Assembly: GCF_002113885.1 (NCBI RefSeq)
Contig: NW_018403450.1
Span: 471,471-535,470 of the forward strand
Reading direction: 5' to 3'
DNA: 64,000 bases
Source: Mizuhopecten yessoensis
Lineage: Eukaryota
Shown piece after piece: positions 27,541 through 40,013 of the stretch; position 1 is the stretch's first letter, and each line of letters begins with the position of its first letter. A model generated the notes under the pieces. It did not search any database. It was not told the DNA's origin and worked only from the letters and a program-made list of their open reading frames with translations. The translations under genes were made by a program, and so were the position numbers.

Positions 27541-29052
27541 TTAGAGTTGTAGAATACAGGTTTCCCAAAACTCTTGAAATTTATCTGTATTGTATATGCA
27601 AATACATGCTGGTTTCCTCGTTGTAGAACTTGCACACTTTTTACCCGGTCTACTTATTGCGAGTCTATCCATTCTCCATGTAACAATTGATGGTGTTTGA
27701 AGTTCGAAATGTTCGTCTTCTATTTCGTCTAAATCACTGAGTTTGTTCAAAGCTTTTTAAACAAATTTGGAATTAGGATCGGAAATAATAATTCCTTCAC
27801 CATTAAGTTTTTGTTTTGTCAGTAACAAACACTTTATTTCCAATTGCAAGCTCCACACTGTACGTTCCAATTATTACTGTTGTCATTTTTCTTGGTAGAA
27901 CTTCTTTTGCCTAAACTTTTATCTAAAAGATATTCTCTTTTGTTTTGCAAAATTATTCCTAGTATTTGCCATACCTCTTTGTATGTCTGCTTAATTGAGG
28001 TGTCACTGATAATACATTTTTAAAAAACCGTTGTTATTTTCCAAGAATATTTGGTGCAAGGGGAGATCTTTTTTTTAAATATTGCCAGTACGTGTCTGCC
28101 GCATCTTGCATGAGATTGCTGAAAAACTGTTGTGGTGCTTTAGGTATTCCTCTTTTATCCTTTTTCAATAGCAAATCTTTCGCTGTATATCTTGGGACAT
28201 TTTACACATCACTGTCATCCTGCAGGCTGGTGTTATCTTCTGAGCTTGTACACATATGCTTTAATTATCATTTGAAGATCTTGCACTAAAGCTTACATCT
28301 TCAGGTTCTGGCTGCTAATAATACTGCCTGTTTGTGTCGATGTCAGCAAAGCATGACGACTCTGTATCTGGCACACTTCAAAACGATCCATCAAGCAATC
28401 GAATGCATCTCTGATGTCCGCGTCAGTAAATTTTAGGAGTAATCCCATTTTCTGAATAAGAAAAAAGTTAATAATTTTTCATTTATCTTATAAAATACTG
28501 TAGAAATTAGTATATAGGCCTACCTGTATTTTCAAAGCCCCTGTACATCAACCTTATTTTTTGGGGGGGGGGGGGGCTTTGATATCACACAAGTGGGACA
28601 GTAATTTTTATTGAAATTATATATTATCTATCTGCAAATTTCATACAAGTTAAGAACTATCTCAAGAGGTGCATTCATACTGTAAACTTCAAATTCGGCA
28701 GGGTGGGATTGGGTGCACACGCACACACGTTTGGTAATTTGGACGCAGTAACCATTAGCACTCAGTAATATATTCAATTCTGTTTTCTAACGTATAATTT
28801 TCAGTATCGATATCATTGCTAAACCCGCACGGTAAATATGACCACGGAATTAGATTAGATTATATAAGTCCGTAATATGACGAATCAGATGAGTTGTTGC
28901 CAATGTAAACCGTTGTAACATCATGATCACAGACTGGTTTCACATAATTACACATAGTTTTAACATTTCATACAAGTATTTCATAAAATCCCAATCAGAT
29001 TCTTACCTTCGGCTTCGATAACCTTCCTGCCGTCTTTCGAAAATTTCTCCAT
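27541..29052 (-). pseudogene. Second, divergently oriented spliced pseudogene of the element, with a SAM-like N-terminus
   Basis: Exon 29052-29007 (MEKFSKDGRKVIEAE, donor gtaaga) and acceptor ttcttattcag at 28452. Then ENGIT / LLKFTDADIRDAF..LMDRFEV across a frameshift, followed by broken purine-rich frames down to about 27541. Confidence 0.5.
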
Positions 29053-29154
29053 CTCCACTTTCTTCTGAAGCGTATTTGGCGCGGGATTAATTTCGTCCAA
29101 TCAGAATAATTCCTCTATTCGCTCCGATCCTACCGGAAGTCAATTTATAAAAAT
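29053..29154. promoter_or_regulatory. Compact bidirectional promoter of the transposon
   Basis: The 102 bp between the divergent ATGs contain E2F-like TTTGGCGCGGGA (29075), CCAATCAG (29097) and ETS-type ACCGGAAGT (29132). Confidence 0.55.
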
Positions 29155-31078
29155 ATGGCATGGAATGACTTCGGTGCGAAAAAAGACCATGTAACTTTGT
29201 CTGTCGATAAACAGGCACACCAATCGATGAAAGGAAGATTAAAACACATATAAAAAGATACGGGCTTCATCTCAATGACGGCGATGCAAACAATGGATAG
29301 GAATTGGAGTTTGAACATTCGCCCGACAGCATGTCAACAACTCCAGTTTCCCCTGGATTTTCGCACACTAGGTAAGACTAAGGCCATCATACGTTGATTA
29401 AATTAACTTAAGGAGCAATGCCATGTTGTTTCCGTAGTTATTTCAATTAAAAGTTTTTGTAAAAAGTCCAGAGGTGTAGGCGTGTCGCTGTTTTGTGCCA
29501 CTAAGTCACCGAATATTTCACAGGCGTTCGAAATTCTGACAGTAAATTGACAGACCTAACGTTAAATCTTATAAAGGAATATGGACGATTAAGTCAATTA
29601 CTATCGATAGTAATACTGTTATCTTGAAATGATAAATATCTCAATTTACTGTCAGAATTTTAAATGCTTGTGATTATTTTCACCGCATGGCGACGGTAAA
29701 ATCCTGGGTATAATCGAAGTCAAGTATCTCTTCGTTTTTGAGGATTATGTTGTATAATATTGTACCAATTGTGAACTAATACTTGTACTTTACATAACGA
29801 AAAAATAAAAAAAAAATCCTGTTCATGATCTATGATCTAAATAAAATGTTTAGATTATTATTTTTACTGCAACTGGCAGTTGGAATTATTCTGAGCAATG
29901 TTGACTGAAAATGTTTATGTCCAATGTTAATTACCAGTAAATATACTGTCAACTTACCAGCCATGCCAGTATTTACTGGTAAACATTGGACAACAATTTC
30001 TTTAGTAAATATTAATTGCGGCCCTGAGATAATTAGCTATCTTGTCAATTACCTCATATAGAACTCCCTGATCTCAAAGATCTCATCTCGCTTTCAGTTT
30101 ATAAAAGTGTGAAGGTTCATGATCTTTCCTGTTCAGGTGTCCCGCTTTGTCGGTGACTAACTGATGTCATTAAACAAACTTCAAAATACACTAGTCTCAA
30201 ATTTAGAAATGGCTTGACATCCTTGAACTACCCGACTATTTACTAAGGATGTTAAACATTGTAAACCAAGCTGGAAACAATTCTGAATTTGGTCTTCAAT
30301 AAACAATAGTTCCATCCGCAATAAGCCCATGCCTGCAGGTAATAACACCCTCCCCCCAATATCATTATGAATTTCATTATTTTTTAATTCATTTCCCTAT
30401 ATATACATGTAGCGTGTAATATATATATGTCTGCAATTAGACCACCCAATATTTTACACTTGCTCCCTGGGCTTATTGAAGGATAAATATGGTAGATGAT
30501 AATTAATTGGTAATTGGCGTGTTCAGTATATCATACAAATTATATATTTCAGATCAGATTCAGAGACAAGCTCTGATGATAAATTAAACCAAGATCTAGA
30601 GGATATGGCCAATTGGCATGAAGACCAGGGTTCAATATACTCAGAATCTGATCAGGAGATGACAGATCCTGAACAGGATGATTCAGAGGCCAACAGTGAT
30701 TCCGAAGATGAGAACCAAAAGGAAATGAATTGTGACTGGTGTAGTTCTTATGACTTCACTGTATTCAACTCAGAATTAGCAGTCAACAAAATTCCTAATT
30801 CTGATACTATGACTAAACTTGAATGGCTGTGCTATCAGTTTCATAGGTTTGTGTCCCATCCATCAATGAGCAAAGCAGCGTTTACACAAAATCTTCAGGT
30901 GCAGAAAATAATACACAATGACAAAGACAATATACAAAACAATAATGAAAATAATGAACTGCCAGGATGACTTTTTACCAGCTGTGCCAATATCTCTGAA
31001 TGTCCTTGCAAGTCTGGGACATATTGAGTCAGAATTTGAAAAATGCCATTACCATGCCCGTGTTAAAGGAGCATGCTG
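29155..31078 (+). pseudogene. Truncated, spliced transposase N-terminus of the CACTA-type element (exon 29155-29371, exon from 30553)
   Basis: With a frameshift, exon 1 gives RPCNFVC...KIKTHIKRYG (similar to the transposase-associated Cys/His motif). Donor ag|gtaaga joins in phase to acceptor tttcag|30553. An acidic tract follows, then NELP...LASLGHIESEFEKCHYHARVKGAC. There are stops and frameshifts, and no DDE core was seen. Confidence 0.6.
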
Positions 31079-31629
31079 AAAAATCACTCTGCATTCATGT
31101 TTTTGAACTAGTTGACTGGAGACACTGTATTAGTTCATTGCAGTAGACTAGGAAAGAAGTTCATCTTAGTCCAAATAACACCAAATCTCACATTCATAAG
31201 TGTTAAACACTTGAACATAACTGACTTAACATAGTCATATTTTGTATAAACTCATGTACGTTAATAGCTAGCCTACAATTGTCTTTGTAAAGGGTAATAT
31301 ATCTATTAAAAAATTGTTAAACTGATGTATTGTTCCATTTTTTCTAGTTAATACCACTTCATGCAAAATGTATTTCAGATCTCATCACCTCTGCATGGAT
31401 TGTCAGAGGAGTTATAGTTCCATTGGAATTAATATTCCAGTAGAAATATAATTCCAGTGATTTTTTTCCAGTGGAATTCTACTTGTATTTTTTTGCTTCA
31501 CTGGAATTCCACAGGATTTTTGTTTTCTTCTCTGGAATTCCAGTGGTATTCCACTGAAATATTTCATTCCAGTGGAATCTCACTGAAATTCCAGTGTTAT
31601 TTTCAATGTGTATATATATATATATATAC

Positions 31630-31700
31630 ATAAGGAGGTGAGAAGCATGTGATTTGTAGTCTGTGACCTTAACAACTGACTGAGCCACCGCTGCTCCCAG
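31630..31700 (-). mobile_element. 5' head fragment of a tRNA-derived SINE nested in the CACTA-type element
   Basis: The minus strand reads GGGAGCAGCGGTGGCTCAGTCAGTTGTTAAGG (A-box-like), next to a (TA)n run. Confidence 0.5.
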
Positions 31701-34522
31701 TAATTACAGTGCTTCCCAAAGTCAATAAAATCAATACAGAGCGAACTCCATAATATAATTTATGTATACTTCCTGCAAAATTGGCAATTATATTTATATA
31801 TTATATATATTTACATTATTATATACATTCATGCAAAATGGACATGGAGTTGAAATAACCACATGAAAAAAAAAGGTTTCTGAGGATACTGAGTTTTCTC
31901 ATCATTCATAATTTCATGAATAATAGTGAATTTTGTGTATTTGAAATATTCATCAAAGTTCATGATTTCTGCTCGGTCAATCTTTAAGAAATTTTGATGA
32001 ATTTTAATGAATTTGCATTATTCATTTAAATTCATCAAAGTTCATGATTTCTCAAGGATATGCCTTTCATGAATTCTGATGAATTTTAATGAATTTTTGC
32101 TGTGCATTAAAGTCCATGAATAATTCATAATCACAAACTTCATGCAGATTCATGCATTTTAATGAATTTATTAATTATTCATAAAAGTTCATGAAGAATG
32201 CATGAAAGCCGGTTGATGAATATTCATGAATAAGTATTCATGAATTTCAAACTGTCTGTATTCATGAATGTTCATGAATTGTTCATGACCATTCATGATT
32301 TCATGAATACCCTCTCGCAGGGGCTTTTTCAAAGTCTGATTTACATTATTCACACGAAAGACATTTAACTTTGAACAAAAAGTTCAATGCTTTAACATTT
32401 CTTGGAGAAAAAGTAGTTTGAACAGATTTGCCCTTTAGCGATTTTTTCAACTGTTATGTTAATTGGATCTGGTCATGTTTTATGCCCTCGTTGACAACAA
32501 ATGTTGTTCTTAATTGTCGCAGGAATTTTTACAAGTTTTAAATTAAATTCATAAAATTACAGATATATTTGTAAATGAAACAATAAAACATCTGATAGGA
32601 CAAAAAACTCTACCCATAGTTTTGACCTTGCCAATACCTGTTTGACCTTGGGAATATCCGCTGGCACATGACCCATTGTCTAGCCATCTCTGATTGATCT
32701 TGGAATACGACTGGTAATAGTGATGAAGGGGACTTTGTTCGGTCAGTGACTTACAACAGATCTAAAGCAGAAAAATGTCATATTGTGGTCTTAACAGCTC
32801 ACCGTACATTGGTGTGTAAGTTTATTTAGCTTTCCACCAGCAAGTACGATAAATGACACTGATGTGATCTAATGCTTTGTTTCAGTAAATATAGGGAATT
32901 TGTATGTAGCTAAAACCATTAAAAAGGCTAGCTATGATGATGGACATATGTGCTGTGAGTGTCAATAAACCATTATTAGACAAAGCTATTAACCTCAGTG
33001 CTGGCAGACAGTAATTATTATGAGTCATTCTAAAAGGGCAAAGGTTCCTACTGGCTGTTAAATGAGCGGAGAATTGCTTCAGTAGAAGATTATACATATT
33101 TTAATTTTTGCAAAAGGTGTTTTTTTATGGAAAAGTTATATGATCATAGTTTTATCTAAAGTCATTTTGATTTGTGATGTAAAAGACATTTAACATATTA
33201 GTTGTCTTTTTATAGAGTATTGTTATCACCCTTACAAAAGTAGAAAACAACAGGAAGACATATATGTCACATAAAATGTGATTAAGGAAATGATAATATA
33301 CCTGTTCCTGAGGAAACTGATTAAGGAGATGTAGCATCAGCATCACTGACCTACTGGCAGTTTGTTGTATAGATCAAAATCTTTGTTGTTGTCACCATGG
33401 AGATACATTTCCTGTATTACAACTATTGTATATTTATTAGAGGTTCCACATTAATATATGTCACATTCTGTCAAACATCGTTCTTACCAGCATGGTCTAA
33501 TTATAACGTAGTCAAGTGATAATAAGCATTATTACAAAGGAAACGTCTGGCTGCTGAGGAATGACTGAGGGGATATTTATGTCCCTGGAGTTCTTAGATC
33601 ATAGAAGCCAGGTGCTTTTGGGGACACCTAAGAAAAGAAAGAGAGTTACTGTCTGAAGTGAAAAGAAAAGACAGAGATCCATGTTGCCATGGGGTCATCA
33701 TGGATGTAGGAAAGGGAAATTCCTACCAAGGGATTTTGGTAAAACTGAGGCTTGCAGAGAGATGTGTAAACATATGAAAACCCTGAGGGTAGAATATCTC
33801 CAATCTGTATCCCCTGGGCATGAATGTTTTTTTCTATCTCATTCCTGTCACCAGAATTAGCAAAGAAACCAAAAGAAGGCATCACAATTTTCGCATCGCT
33901 GCATCAAAATGTTTCCGATTTCATGCCATCACATCATTGTTGTCCCATTGTTATGTCACACACGTGTAATAGGGTGTAAGAAAGAAATTGTTTACACTCA
34001 ATTATATTTTCCACTAAACAATCAACATAGTGACATTGTAAGCCTGTATGTCATTTATTGAGTATTCTTCATTTTGTTGTGCACTGAAGCTGTTCCCGTG
34101 TAATCAGTGTTTCAGTGGCTGCCACATCATATTTTGAAATTTCAAAACAGTTGAAGATGATTTTTAAAATTCAAATAATGCCAAAGAGAATTGAGTTGTA
34201 ATTAGTCCCAATAGTACCATTTGCAATCTCTATGAAAATGAAATTGAACGTTTTGCCATATCAGAAAGAGCTAATGAGAAATTAGAAAATCTAAAATGTA
34301 GGTTTTGAATGTCAAATTGTGGTAATCAGATGACTCAGTTAGTCTGTCGATGAATCATCGTATGATGTTTTCTTATTAGGTCATCCCTTATTTGTATTCT
34401 AAATGTTGAGCAGTTTGAACCACACATGGACTACACTCGCTGGATATGGTTCAACACTGGAGAACGTGACATGAGGCATGCTACAAGAACATATAGTCAA
34501 ATTGATTTTCTTTCCATTACAG

Positions 34523-34793
34523 AAAAGGGTTGGCGGTGAGCTTGAGTATAACCTTGCGTTTGGGAAGGTAGACGTCCAGTTACCCAGCCTGAGGAGGGAT
34601 ACACGCCCAGAGCCACCTGATCGTCACAGTGGCTGGAGAGTAGACATTGTACTTATAGACGCTGTGGTGGTATAGCTGCCATATGACAGCAAATCTGACA
34701 TTGGTCATTAAGAAGAGGTTGAGAAGAATTGAAAGGTGATAAAAGAAAAAAACACAACTTTGACAAAAGTTTTCATGTATTTCATCACGCAAA
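34523..34793 (+). other. 5' UTR part of the first coding exon of YPEL
   Basis: Polypyrimidine acceptor ttttctttccattacag ends at 34522, 271 nt upstream of the ATG. The segment carries two upstream ATGs. Confidence 0.7.
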
Positions 34794-34898
34794 ATGGTGA
34801 AAACATTTCAAGCTTACCTGCCGAACAAATGCCACCGTACCTATAGCTGTGTGCACTGTCGAGCGCATCTGGCCAACCACGACGAGCTGATCTCAAAG
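34794..34898 (+). CDS. YPEL1/2: Yippee-like protein (YPEL1-4 group), coding exon 1: [35 protein letters not shown]
   Basis: ATG in strong context (gcaaaATGG). The 35 codons are nearly identical to the YPEL1/2 N-terminus, including the first CxxC. The exon ends in phase 0 at AAG|gtactt. Confidence 0.97.
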
Positions 34899-36176
34899 GT
34901 ACTTATTGTGCTTGTTAATCATGTATACATATGTAGTCAAATCTAGCAATATTGAAGTTGATAGGACAATTTACAAACTTAAGAAAAAACGGGTTATTTT
35001 ATGAAAAAAATAACTTTCTGTCGACAAATTTACTTCAAGAACAGTGAGTATTAAGCTATCCAAGTCTGTAAGAATTACATTCGACTTGGAAGTGTTGCAG
35101 TGATTCATCAATTGACAAAAAAGTTGTGATTCCCATTTCAAAATTGATTGATGTCCTGTGCTTCAGATAACAGAGTATGCCCCAAGACAATAACACATAT
35201 TTGTATTATGATGTGGGTGCTTTGGTTTTAAGCAGATGATCTTTAAGTTTTAAGTATAATGTATTTGACTTTATTTTTATTAAAATTCTTACAAATGAAG
35301 ATATATCAACTCTGTAAGGGTGAAGCAAGGTGATAATAGTCTATTATGCTTTCTTAGAGCACTTACCGGGTAGGCATTTCAAAAAAAAGAAAAAGAAAAA
35401 TTTGTTGCTGTGTTGGAGATTGTTTTATTTGTAGTGATAACAAAAAGCTTGACCTGAGAATTTATCCCCAGACAATAAGGATCTCAGAGGATTTGTTTTA
35501 CACCGATTTCCTGCTACAAAGTAATTACAAATGCTGATTCACCAGCATGCAATGACAGTGTCTACTCATCCCTTAGTTCCATTAAAGACATTTTTACTAT
35601 GAAATATTAATTAAAGCTTCATTTAGGGACAAAATGATTTAAATGATATTTCAGAAAACTCCATTAGAGATTTATGTACCCAGTTATTGCCTTGATGTGC
35701 AGTAAAGCAGTATGTCATTGTGTTTTGTGCTAGGTTAGTTACAGTTATAAGGCTCAAAGTCAATATTCATAAAAACTGTTTCAGTATAAAAAATCTATCT
35801 GGAATATTAATTGCAAAATGTTTCTGCGTTAACACTTCAGATATCTCACTTGAAGTGTCGAAGCAATTTCTAGAATTTTTCAGTTGAGATGGTTTTCTGT
35901 TTTAGGATTATTTTCTTTAATAAACCTTGCTGGAAAGAATATAAGAATCTTTCATGCTCAAGTGTGTAAGATAGGGAAATTTCACCCGAGGGGTTTTCAA
36001 ATTTGGTAAAACCCAAGGCTTTTACATAACCTTTTTTCAGATGTGTTATATAGGAATGATAGATGTGACAGAATAACAATCCATGAAGATTCGCTGCAAC
36101 ACTTGTCAATCTTAACTAATAGAAGTTATTTTTACCTTCCTACAATGTACCTGTTAGGCTAAAATGATTCATAAAT

Positions 36177-39140
36177 TTGTATTGTATCACAATCCTATCT
36201 TGTCTATTGTATCACGATACTATCTTGTGTATTGTATCACGATCCTATCTTGTATATTGTATCGCGATACTATCTTGTCTATTGTATCACGATACTATCT
36301 TGTGTATTGTATCACGATCCTATCTTGTATATTGTATCGCGATACTATCTTGTCTATTGTATCACGATACTATCTTGTGTATTGCATCACGATACTATCT
36401 TGTATATTGTATCACAATACTATCTTGTCTATTGTATCACAATACTATCTTGTGTATTGTATCAAGATACTATCTTGTATATTGTATCACGATACTCTCT
36501 TGTGTATTGTATCACGATACTCTCTTGTCTATTGTATCACGATACTTTCTTGTATATCGCGTCATGTGTATTGTATCACGATACTATCTTGTGTCTTGTA
36601 TCACGATACTATCTTGTCTATTGTATTACGATACTATCTTGTCTATTGTATCACGATACTATCTTGTGTATTGTATCACGATACTATCTTGTGTAATGCA
36701 TCACGATACAATCTTGTATATTGTATCACGATACTATCTTGTATATTGTATCGCGATACTTTCTTGTGTATTGTATCACGATACTATCTTGTATATTGCA
36801 TCACGATACTATCTTGTATATTGTATCGCAATACTTTCTTGTTTATCGTATCACAATACTTTCTTGCATATTGTATCACGATACTTTCTTGTGTATCGCA
36901 TCACGATACTTTCTTGTGTATCGCATTACAATACTTTCTTGTGTATTGCATCACGATACTTTCTTTTTTATCACAATACTTTTTGTTTATTGTATCACGA
37001 TACTTTCTTGTGTATTTTATCATGATACTTTCTTGTTTATCAGATCACAATACTTTCTTGTTTATTGTATCGCGATACTTTCTTGTGTAATGTTTCACAA
37101 TACTTTCTTGTGTATTGTATATTGCGATACTTTCTTGTATATTGTATCGCGATACTTTCTTGTATATTGCATCACCATACTTTCTTGTGTATCACATTAC
37201 AATTCTTTCTTGTATATCGCATCAGGATACTTTCTTGTGTATCACAATACTTTCTTGTGTACTGTATCATAATACTTTCTTGTGTATCGCATCACGATAC
37301 TTTCTTGTGTATCGCATCACGATACTTTCTTGTGTATTGTATCGCGATACTTTCTTGTGTATCATATTATGATACTTTCTTGTCTATTGTATCACGATAC
37401 TTTCTTGTGTATCATATCATGATACTTTCTTGTGTATTGTATCATGATACTTTCTTGTGTAATGTATCATGATACTTTCTTTTGTATTGTATCACGATTC
37501 TTTCTTGTGTATCGCATCACGATACTTTTTTGTGTATCGTATCATGATACTTTGTTGTGTATTGTATCACGATATTTTCTTGTGTATTGCATCATGATAC
37601 TTTCTTGTGTATCATATCATGATACTTTCTTGTCTATTGTATCATGATACTTTCTTTTGTATTGTATCACGATTCTTTCTTGTGTATCGCATCACGATAC
37701 TTTTTTGTGTATCGTATCATGATACTTTGTTGTGTATTGTATCACGATATTTTCTTGTGTATTGCATCATGATACTTTCTTGTGTATCATATCATGATAC
37801 TTTCTTGTCTATTGTATCATGATACTTTCTTTTGTATTGTATCACGATTCTTTCTTGTGTATCGCATCACGATACTTTTTTGTGTATCGTATCATGATAC
37901 TTTGTTGTGTATTGTATCACGATATTTTCTTGTGTATTGTATCATGATACTTTCTTGTGTATTGTATCACGATACTTTCTTGTGTATTGTATCATGATAC
38001 TTTCTTGTGTATTGTATCAGGATACTTTCTTGTGTTTCACATCATAGTACTTTGTTGTGTATTGTATCATGATACTTTCTTGTGTATCATGATACTTTCT
38101 TTTGTATCGCATCACGATACTTTCTTGTGTATCACGTTTCTTTCTTGTGTATCCGACACGATTCTATCTTGTGTATCGCATCACAATACTTTCTTGTGTA
38201 TTGTATCGCGATACTTTCTTGTGTATTGCATCACAATACTTTCTTGTGTATCGCATCACGATACTTTCTTGTGTTTCGCATCATGATACTTTCTTGTGTA
38301 TCGCATCACAATACTTTCTTTTGTATCGCATCACAATACTTTCTTGTGTATCCAATCACGATACTTTCTTGTGCATCACGATACTTTCTTGTGTATCACG
38401 ATTCCTTCTTGTGTATCGCATCATGATTCTTTCTTGTGTATCGCATCACGAAACTTTCTTGTGTATCGCATCATGATACTTTCTTGTGTATTGTATCACG
38501 ATACTTTCTTGTATATCGCGTCACGATACTTTCTTGTGTTTCGCATCACAATACTTTCTTGTGTATCATGATACTTTCTTTTGTATCGCATCACGATACT
38601 TTCTTGTGTATCACGATTCTTTCTTGTGTATCCGACACGATTCTTTCTTGTGTATCGCATCACGATACTTTCTTGTGTAACGCATCACGATACTTTCTTG
38701 TGTATTGTATCGCGATACTTTCTTGTGTATCGCATCACGATACTTTCTTGTGTATCGCATCACGATACTTTCTTGTGTTTCGCATCATGATACTTTCTTG
38801 TGTATCGCATCACAATACTTTCTTTTGTATCGCATCGCAATACTTTCTTGTGTATCCAATCACGATACTTTCTTGTGTATCACGATTCCTTCTTGTGTAT
38901 CGCATCATGATTCTTTCTTGTGTATCGCATCATGATACTTTCTTGTGTATCGCATCATGATACTTTCTTGTGTATCGCATCGCAATTCTTTCTTGTGTAT
39001 CGTATCATGATACTTTGTTGTGTATTGTATCACGATACTTTCTTGTGTATTGTATCATGATACTTTATTGTGTATCGCATCACGATACTTTCTTGTGTAT
39101 CAAATCATGATACTTTCTGTGTATTGTATCAGGATACTTT
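36177..39140 (+). repeat. 25-bp minisatellite, about 3 kb and roughly 120 units, with higher-order blocks
   Basis: Unit TGTATTGTATCACGATACT(A/T)TCTTG. A 175-bp period is visible at 37432/37607/37782. Confidence 0.97.
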
Positions 39141-39930
39141 TTTGTGTAGATATATTTGGCTTTGTATTTTTTACTCCATTCCTCTAAACCTGAGTCATTT
39201 TATAATTATAACAAATATGTTCAACTTTAAAAATCATAAAAAATTTACACCAAATTGCATAGTTTTAAATTTCAAATTTATTCAAGAATCAATAGCATAA
39301 CAGGTTCCATTATATATATCAGCAGCTTCAGTATCTGATCTCTGGCAAGATATCAAAATAATTTCGAAAATAATTTGTTGTTACATAACTACTATCGAAT
39401 CAAATCTATTTTATAAAGTGTGCCTGTTTCCTATTTCCAATGATTAAATGAAATAATGTTGTTGGGTTGTCAAATTTTAAGACGTAATGTGATTGTTACC
39501 TTGAGTACAGCTCAAATTTCAATTTCTTCCTGAACCTTTTACGGTAAACTGTAGTAGACGTAGAAATGTTCGTATAATCATGTTATTTCTTGACCGTGTT
39601 TAATAAACAACACTATATGAAGTCAATTGAAGTGCAGGACAATAATGTGAAGAAACATCAGAATTACAAAATTATATTTAAAAGGAAATGTTCACGAATC
39701 AGTTACGCTTCATGTGAAAGGCCCTGAAGGACCCAGCTGTACCAATACTGAAAGTTGGAACTATGCATTGAAATCCATTTTGCCGGCATGGCTATAACTT
39801 AGATAAATCATTTCTGGAAAGAAATCCCAGCGGGACTTTTATGGAAAATAATGAAGATGAAAAAAACAACAAAATGTTAACTCAGCCAAGATAGAAATTT
39901 GCAGTGCAGATTGTTATACTATCTCTTTAA

Positions 39931-40013
39931 CTGATTTACCCCTGAAGACATATTTGAACTCTTCCAATTCAAATGTTGGAATAGTTTATTATGAAATTCC
40001 AGGGGTGACTGAG
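39931..40013. mobile_element. 83-bp TTAA-flanked micro-MITE
   Basis: TTAA|CTGATTTACCCCT...AGGGGTGACTGAG|TTAA. The interior is an inverted homolog of the 19216 copy. Confidence 0.75.

Larger units (their letters stand above)
26661..32323. mobile_element. Decayed CACTA/EnSpm (CMC)-type DNA transposon, 5663 bp
   Basis: Termini CCCCTGCGA...TCGCAGGGG with a 2-bp TSD CT (26659-26660, 32324-32325). Dense subterminal TTCATGAA arrays at both ends and internal transposase-like remnants. Confidence 0.82.

Noticed and set aside
36164-39300. Many long overlapping ORFs (up to 308 aa)
   Set aside because: They are by-products of a stop-poor 25-bp repeat that is open in all three frames.
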